Shown here piece after piece: positions 58,738-64,000 of a DNA stretch of 64,000 nucleotides; within the stretch, counting starts at the first letter, position 1, and the number at the start of each line of letters is the position of its first letter. Source of the stretch: an uncultured Nitrospiraceae bacterium (GTDB lineage Bacteria; Nitrospirota; Thermodesulfovibrionia; Thermodesulfovibrionales; Dissulfurispiraceae). A program made the translations under genes and the position numbers. The notes beneath the pieces are model-generated. The model saw nothing but the letters and a program-made list of their open reading frames with translations. It had not been told where the DNA came from and made no database searches. The DNA is taken from NCBI GenBank assembly GCA_963705105.1, contig CAVPIW010000006.1, positions 864,001 to 928,000 on the forward strand, written 5' to 3'.

Positions 58738-58890
58738 CAGCAGGTCTTCTGGCTCTCGGATCTACCGGGGGACCCGGCCTTCCCGGTCAGGGTATGCCCT
58801 GACAGTGGCTGTCGTGTCGACGTGAGTCCCCGTCCCCGATCACAGCGGCGGGACCGCCACGGATTTTCACCGTGTTCCGGATTGCTGGAA
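58738..58890 (-). promoter_or_regulatory. Cobalamin riboswitch
   Basis: GGAACACGGTGAAAATCCGTGGCGGTCCCGCCGCTGT...GCCACTG...CGGGAAGG...AGCCAGAAGACCTGC (B12 box); TATAAT at 58898-58903. Confidence 0.92.
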
Positions 58891-59309
58891 CGGCGTTATT
58901 ATACACCGGGAGAGTGCTCCGGTTTCAAGAGGTGCTTCTTATCCTGGCATCACGAAGCCCTCGGAGAAACGGATTTTCATTACCCTGCGATCCTCCCCTC
59001 CAAATCTTTCATATCACCGCCAGACGCGCAGTGGAATTTACACCCGCAAATCTTGTCCGGGGCCATTTCATCAAGAGCGCGGATTTCCGAAGAAGTCCAT
59101 CCTTATCGAAACGATGTCGCAACGAGCCTGTCCTTCCGAAGGTCCGCAGAGAACGCCAGTGCCGATAAAGGCCAGAGAGTCCTCTGAGAAATCAATGTGT
59201 CACCATGGGGTGTTGCAGAGGCTTTCCAGGCATAGGCCGGATAAGCAAAGAAACCCTTGACAGATGGTCTTTTCTCGGATATGATTGACTCAGGAATGAC
59301 GCAGCTTCC

Positions 59310-59406
59310 CGACAAAGCCACACCACCCGAGAGGTTGGGACGGAAAGTAGAGGGTTGTGCATCTGTCCCGTCTCAGGCGGAGGGACAGGAATGGTCGGGC
59401 TGCCGA
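59310..59406 (+). promoter_or_regulatory. c-di-GMP-I (GEMM-I) riboswitch
   Basis: CGACAAAGCCACACCACCC-GAGA-GGTTGGGACGGAAAG...GGTCGGGCTGCCGA. Confidence 0.82.
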
Positions 59407-59434
59407 CGGCAACGTGCCAACAGGGAGGGAAATC

Positions 59435-60778
59435 ATGAAACGAACGATACGTGTCGCCTCAGCATGCTTCGCAGCGATCTGCATTATATCTCTATCAGTA
59501 TGTATCGACTCAGCCCGGGCAGTGAAGTTTCCCATCACCTACGAAGGGACGGTCCAAGTCAAAGCTTCCTTTCCACACGGCAGCTGCCAGGGAGATGCGA
59601 AGATGAAAATCACCCTTTATGCTGACGGGAGATTGCAGGAAACCACCGATGCAATCATCATCGAAAACGCGACAGGCTGCGAGATTGCCTCAATCGACAG
59701 CATGCAGCAACCGTGGAGAGTGCACCAGGGTACACATGACAAAGCCGGCAGTTTCTCGCTCAAAATGGCCTATGTCACCGTCACCGGAACTTTTGGTGAT
59801 CAACAGATCAGCGGTACGGGAACGTTCTCCGACGCCTATATGACCGAGACCTATACCTTTACGCTCTTCGTGCAGGGCAGTGCCCAGAACCGGCAGCCCG
59901 AGATCGCCCTGTCGCCTGCCGACTATCCCTTTTTTCAGTTAAACGTGCTGATGAATAATGGATTCACCATCGCCATCCGCGACGAAGACGGCCTGCAAGA
60001 CAGCACGGGCAACTGGAAGATCGATTGGGGAACCCTTCGGCTGACGATGGACGGCATCGATATCACCGGCCACTTCCTGGACAAGATAACGAAGAATAAC
60101 ATCTTCTCCGTTGAGACGACGAGCAAGGAGCTGCGGCTACACATCACACCCGACCCGGTGAAGTTCATGGTGGAGCACGACGTCTTCTTCATCCTCAAGA
60201 ACGGCACCCACATCATCGAGCTCAGCATCTGCGATACGGGCAAGCTCTGCGGAAGATCGGCATACTCCATCTACTTCGGCCCCTTCATCCTGACAGGGCC
60301 GGTAGATCACCAGAACTGTGACGTGACACTGACGCCGGACCAGCCGTTGAGTTGGGGAAATTACTTCACCCCTGATTTCCTTGTTCTCGGGAACACCGGG
60401 CTCGACTACGGGAAAAACGCTCTATTCTTCGTTTTGATGAACACAGCTCAAGAACTGGAGGCAAGTTTCCAGTTTGACACACGCCGTGTTCCATTTCACG
60501 GCCTCACACCTAACCAGGAGGCCTTGGTGCGTCTGGGATTAAACGGTTGGAGAGATACGATAGTTCCTGTCTTTGACTCACAGAGTATCCCGACTGGTCA
60601 TCTTGAGTACATTCTCAAGACTGATCTTACCCAAGATTCTGCCCTGCGGGCAACGGGCCTTTTCGCCACCAATCCGCGGCTTCATGGACCTCTGAAACTC
60701 TACTCAACGGTCATTGACCAGGAAGACCAGGCGTACCAACTCGGCATCATCGATTTTACATTGTGCCCGGGGAACTAA
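59435..60778 (+). CDS. Secreted hypothetical beta-rich protein
   Basis: Signal peptide MKRTIR...ARA; RBS GGAGG. Confidence 0.75.
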   Translation: MKRTIRVASACFAAICIISLSVCIDSARAVKFPITYEGTVQVKASFPHGSCQGDAKMKITLYADGRLQETTDAIIIENATGCEIASIDSMQQPWRVHQGTHDKAGSFSLKMAYVTVTGTFGDQQISGTGTFSDAYMTETYTFTLFVQGSAQNRQPEIALSPADYPFFQLNVLMNNGFTIAIRDEDGLQDSTGNWKIDWGTLRLTMDGIDITGHFLDKITKNNIFSVETTSKELRLHITPDPVKFMVEHDVFFILKNGTHIIELSICDTGKLCGRSAYSIYFGPFILTGPVDHQNCDVTLTPDQPLSWGNYFTPDFLVLGNTGLDYGKNALFFVLMNTAQELEASFQFDTRRVPFHGLTPNQEALVRLGLNGWRDTIVPVFDSQSIPTGHLEYILKTDLTQDSALRATGLFATNPRLHGPLKLYSTVIDQEDQAYQLGIIDFTLCPGN

Positions 60779-60920
60779 GATGCATCGTCGGAGGAACGGG
60801 GAAAGGAACCCATAGCCCGCCGCACGCGGACTTCTGTGAGCATTAAAGGTTCAAAATGACGGAGAATGGATAACGAGAAAAACTTGGAAAGGAGACGGCC
60901 CGGCTATCAGGCTGCCGATC

Positions 60921-61604
60921 TTATTTCCTGAAAGTATAGGACTTCACTTTTATCCTCACGGCATGGTTGCGCAGCTCGATGTTCAGCCGCGACGGATACC
61001 ATTGGAGTATCGGCGACAGGTCGGCCGCCTCACCCTCCTCGACATCGATCCTTGCCGGCTCATTGTAGGTAATCCTGAGAGAGTCGCCGTTATTCAGTTC
61101 TATGACCTGTTCCACCGGCAGCAGGGTGTCCTTGCTGACCGTCACCTTCGTGCTCGAATTTCTCAGCATATAGAGCCCCGCCTCTTCCGTGACGGCGTAA
61201 TCGGGAACGTTCCACCAGAAAATGCCGCTCCTCAGGCCGTCGACGAGGAGGGTGCTCCTGTTCCGGTCAATCTTCGGCGTGCTCCTGATGGCACCTTCCT
61301 CCTCATGGATCTCCCCTGCAAGAAAACCGAGGTAATAAAGCCTGAGGGTCAATGCCTTCTCCGAGAGGGATAGGAAGGCGTCGCCGGTCATGACGGAGTC
61401 CTCCTTCCTGTATTCAACGGCGAGCACCGCCTCAATGGACTTGATACTCCTCAGGTCCGCAAGGGCCTGATCGAGGGTTATGCCTTCATGGCGGGGGACG
61501 TCGGCCCGTTTCACCGCGCAGGAAGCCATGAGAGAGAGGGCCACCAGCATGGCCGTCAGCACGACAACCGCACGCAACCGGGACATGCTCACCTTATTGT
61601 TCAT
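60921..61604 (-). CDS. Hypothetical lipoprotein, possibly LolB-like
   Basis: Lipobox-like MASC after a hydrophobic stretch. Confidence 0.65.
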   Translation of the reverse strand: MNNKVSMSRLRAVVVLTAMLVALSLMASCAVKRADVPRHEGITLDQALADLRSIKSIEAVLAVEYRKEDSVMTGDAFLSLSEKALTLRLYYLGFLAGEIHEEEGAIRSTPKIDRNRSTLLVDGLRSGIFWWNVPDYAVTEEAGLYMLRNSSTKVTVSKDTLLPVEQVIELNNGDSLRITYNEPARIDVEEGEAADLSPILQWYPSRLNIELRNHAVRIKVKSYTFRK

Positions 61605-61673
61605 GAGCCATACCTTTTTCCGGACCTCCGACTCTTAGAATCACCTGTTCCCGCCCCTTCTCATCGTCCCTCC

Positions 61674-63035
61674 TTATACCGATAACCGCTCCAGGGCATC
61701 CTCCACATTGTGAACGCCCTCCACGGCAAGTCCGAGGTCGTCCTTCAGCCTCTCGGCATTTCCCCTGGGAATGACGGCCCTGCGGAAGCCGATCTTCGCC
61801 GCCTCCCTGAGCCTCGCCTCGGCCTGCGCAACGGCACGCACCTCGCCCGACAGGCCGACCTCACCGACAACAACCGTCGCCGCGTCGATGATCCTCTCCC
61901 TGAACGAGGAGACGATGGAGGCGACGACTCCCAGGTCCGCCGCAGGCTCGGCGATCTTAAGGCCGCCCACGATGTTGACGAAAACGTCCATCGTCCCCAG
62001 GTGAAGGCCCGCCCTTTTTTCGAGGACGGCGATGAGGAGATTGACGCGGTTGAAATCGATGCCCATGCTCGTCCTGCGCGGCATGCCGAAGGTCGTCGGC
62101 GAGACGAGGGCCTGCACCTCCACGAGCAGGGGACGGGTCCCCTCCATACTCGCGATGACGGCCGAACCGGACACGCCGGCAGGCCGCTCCGACAGGAAGA
62201 GCTGCGACGGGTTGTCGATCTCGATGAGACCGCGGTCCGTCATCTCGAATATGCCGATTTCATTGGCCGCGCCGAAGCGGTTCTTGATGGCGCGGATGAC
62301 GCGGTAGCTGTATCCGCGGTCCCCCTCGAAGTAGAGGACCGTGTCGACAATGTGCTCCAGCACCTTCGGCCCCGCGATGGCGCCCTCCTTCGTGACGTGG
62401 CCGATCAGGAACAGGGGGATCTCTTCCTTTTTCGCGAAGACCATGAGCTTCGCCGCGGACTCCCTGATCTGGCTCACCGACCCGGGGGCGGAGGTAAGCT
62501 CTTCGGTGTAGACCGTCTGGATCGAGTCGATGACGATGACCCGTGGTTTGATCTCACGGGCGACGTCGATGATCCTCTCGATGACCGTTTCCGGGTAGAG
62601 GACGATGGACGGGTCGGCGACGGAAAGCCTGTCGGCCCTCAGCTTTATCTGGACAGGAGACTCTTCACCCGAGACATAGAGGACCTTCTTCCGCTGCGCT
62701 GCGATGCGTGAAACAGCCTGCAGAAGGAGTGTCGACTTCCCTATCCCCGGGTCTCCGCCGATGAGAACGACGGCGCCTTTGACGAGACCTCCCCCCAGCA
62801 CCCGGTCGAACTCCCTGATGCCGACGGCATCCCGTTCCTCGCCGCTGCTCGGGATCGAGTCAAGGGACTGAAGAACCGCCGCGCGTTCCTGCCCCCCCGA
62901 GGTTCTCAGTGATTTCGGCGGCTGCCGCTCCTCGGAGAAGCTGTTCCAGGCCCCGCAGTCGGGACACCTGCCGAGCCACTTGTGACTCACGTGGCCGCAC
63001 CCCTGGCACTGAAAGACGTTCCTGGCCTTAGACAT
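61674..63035 (-). CDS. radA: DNA repair protein RadA
   Basis: C4 zinc finger, GDPGIGKST and KNRFG motifs. Confidence 0.97.
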   Translation of the reverse strand: MSKARNVFQCQGCGHVSHKWLGRCPDCGAWNSFSEERQPPKSLRTSGGQERAAVLQSLDSIPSSGEERDAVGIREFDRVLGGGLVKGAVVLIGGDPGIGKSTLLLQAVSRIAAQRKKVLYVSGEESPVQIKLRADRLSVADPSIVLYPETVIERIIDVAREIKPRVIVIDSIQTVYTEELTSAPGSVSQIRESAAKLMVFAKKEEIPLFLIGHVTKEGAIAGPKVLEHIVDTVLYFEGDRGYSYRVIRAIKNRFGAANEIGIFEMTDRGLIEIDNPSQLFLSERPAGVSGSAVIASMEGTRPLLVEVQALVSPTTFGMPRRTSMGIDFNRVNLLIAVLEKRAGLHLGTMDVFVNIVGGLKIAEPAADLGVVASIVSSFRERIIDAATVVVGEVGLSGEVRAVAQAEARLREAAKIGFRRAVIPRGNAERLKDDLGLAVEGVHNVEDALERLSV

Positions 63036-63819
63036 GGAGAAGCCTCATCCCCGTGCCTAGACTGACGGAAAGACGGATGCATTCGTCGACATATTCCTTC
63101 GCTTTCCGGGCCGCCTCATGGACGGACGATCCCCTTGCGAGAAGGGCCGTTATAGCGGCGGAATAAGCGCAGCCCGTGCCGTGATAGACTCCCTTCGCAC
63201 GCCTGCCTGTGATGGGATGAAACCGGCTTCCGTCGAAAAGAAGATCAAGGGTCTGTCCCGCGCCGGGCCTTCGTCCTTGAAACTCGTCGGTATGGCCTCC
63301 TGTGATGATGACGTCCCCTGCTCCCCTGTCCCTGATGGCGACTGCGGCCCTCTCCATATCTTCCTCGCTCCTGATGGAGATGCCGGAAAGTACCGCCGCC
63401 TCGGAGATGTTCGGCGTGATCACCCTGGCCAATGGGAGGAGCTCGTCCCTGATCACATCGATGACGCCCGGTTCGGCGAGGTGCGTGCCCGTCGATGAGA
63501 CCGTGACGGGGTCGATGACGAGATTCTCCAGATCGAATCCCCTGACGACCTTCACGACGGTCCTGACGGCGCCCGCCGTATAGAGCATGCCCGTCTTGAG
63601 TGCATCGGGCCTGATATCGTTGATGAGCACCGTGAGCTGCTCATCGAGGAAAGCATCCGTGACGGGCACGACGGCGGCGACCTGAGACGTGTTCTGGGCT
63701 GTCAGGGACGACACCGCCGAGAGGCCCCAGACGCCGAAGTGCCTGAAGACCCTGATGTCCGACTGGAGACCAGCCCCTCCCGTGGGATCGGAACCTGCTA
63801 TGGTAAGGGCGACTTTCAT
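63028..63819 (-). CDS. thiD: HMP/phosphomethylpyrimidine kinase
   Basis: IAGSDPTGGAG, KTGML and HGTGC motifs. Confidence 0.93.
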   Translation of the reverse strand: MKVALTIAGSDPTGGAGLQSDIRVFRHFGVWGLSAVSSLTAQNTSQVAAVVPVTDAFLDEQLTVLINDIRPDALKTGMLYTAGAVRTVVKVVRGFDLENLVIDPVTVSSTGTHLAEPGVIDVIRDELLPLARVITPNISEAAVLSGISIRSEEDMERAAVAIRDRGAGDVIITGGHTDEFQGRRPGAGQTLDLLFDGSRFHPITGRRAKGVYHGTGCAYSAAITALLARGSSVHEAARKAKEYVDECIRLSVSLGTGMRLLHV

Positions 63820-63858
63820 GGTTATGCTTGATTTTATTATATCAGCCGGTGCAAACGA

Positions 63859-63888
63859 TTGACAAACGTGCGTCTCATAGAGTAAATT
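63859..63888 (+). promoter_or_regulatory. Sigma70 promoter of rplM
   Basis: TTGACA-N18-TAAATT. Confidence 0.6.
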
Positions 63889-63935
63889 ACATATCTATTT
63901 TGCGTTCCCGCGTAATTTTTAAGGAAGGTGCATAC

Positions 63936-64000
63936 ATGAAGACGGCATTTGCGAAGAAGGAAGACATCGAACGGAAATGGTATGTGGTCGATGCGAACAA
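63936..64000 (+). CDS. rplM: 50S ribosomal protein L13 (5' partial)
   Basis: MKTAFAKKEDIERKWYVVDA. Confidence 0.9.
   Translation, partial: MKTAFAKKEDIERKWYVVDAN

Overview
This is a GC-rich bacterial chromosomal segment. The gene content (hcp and an HcpR-like regulator, two motAB pairs with PilZ, tandem pilT paralogs, radA-thiD-rplM) suggests an anaerobe such as Nitrospirota or Desulfobacterota; this is inference only. It holds about 55 CDSs, two complete IS elements (IS3 and ISL3, each splitting a gene that can be restored in frame), and four toxin-antitoxin pairs. RNA elements are two c-di-GMP-I riboswitches, one degenerate GEMM-like motif and one cobalamin riboswitch. The most notable observations are three. 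(1) An arsenite methyltransferase has an in-frame UGA followed by a SECIS-like hairpin at a conserved Cys position (probable selenoprotein) and lies 20 nt upstream of a TsrM-like B12/radical-SAM gene. (2) A dense family of ~200-bp non-autonomous elements has CC...GG ends and 4-bp target duplications; their arms are shuffled, they nest in one another, and one appears to supply the start codon and N-terminus of an AlkD-like gene. (3) A B12 riboswitch controls an atypical Zn-dehydrogenase followed by a divergent TrpD-like phosphoribosyltransferase. All calls come from reading the sequence by eye; no searches were run.
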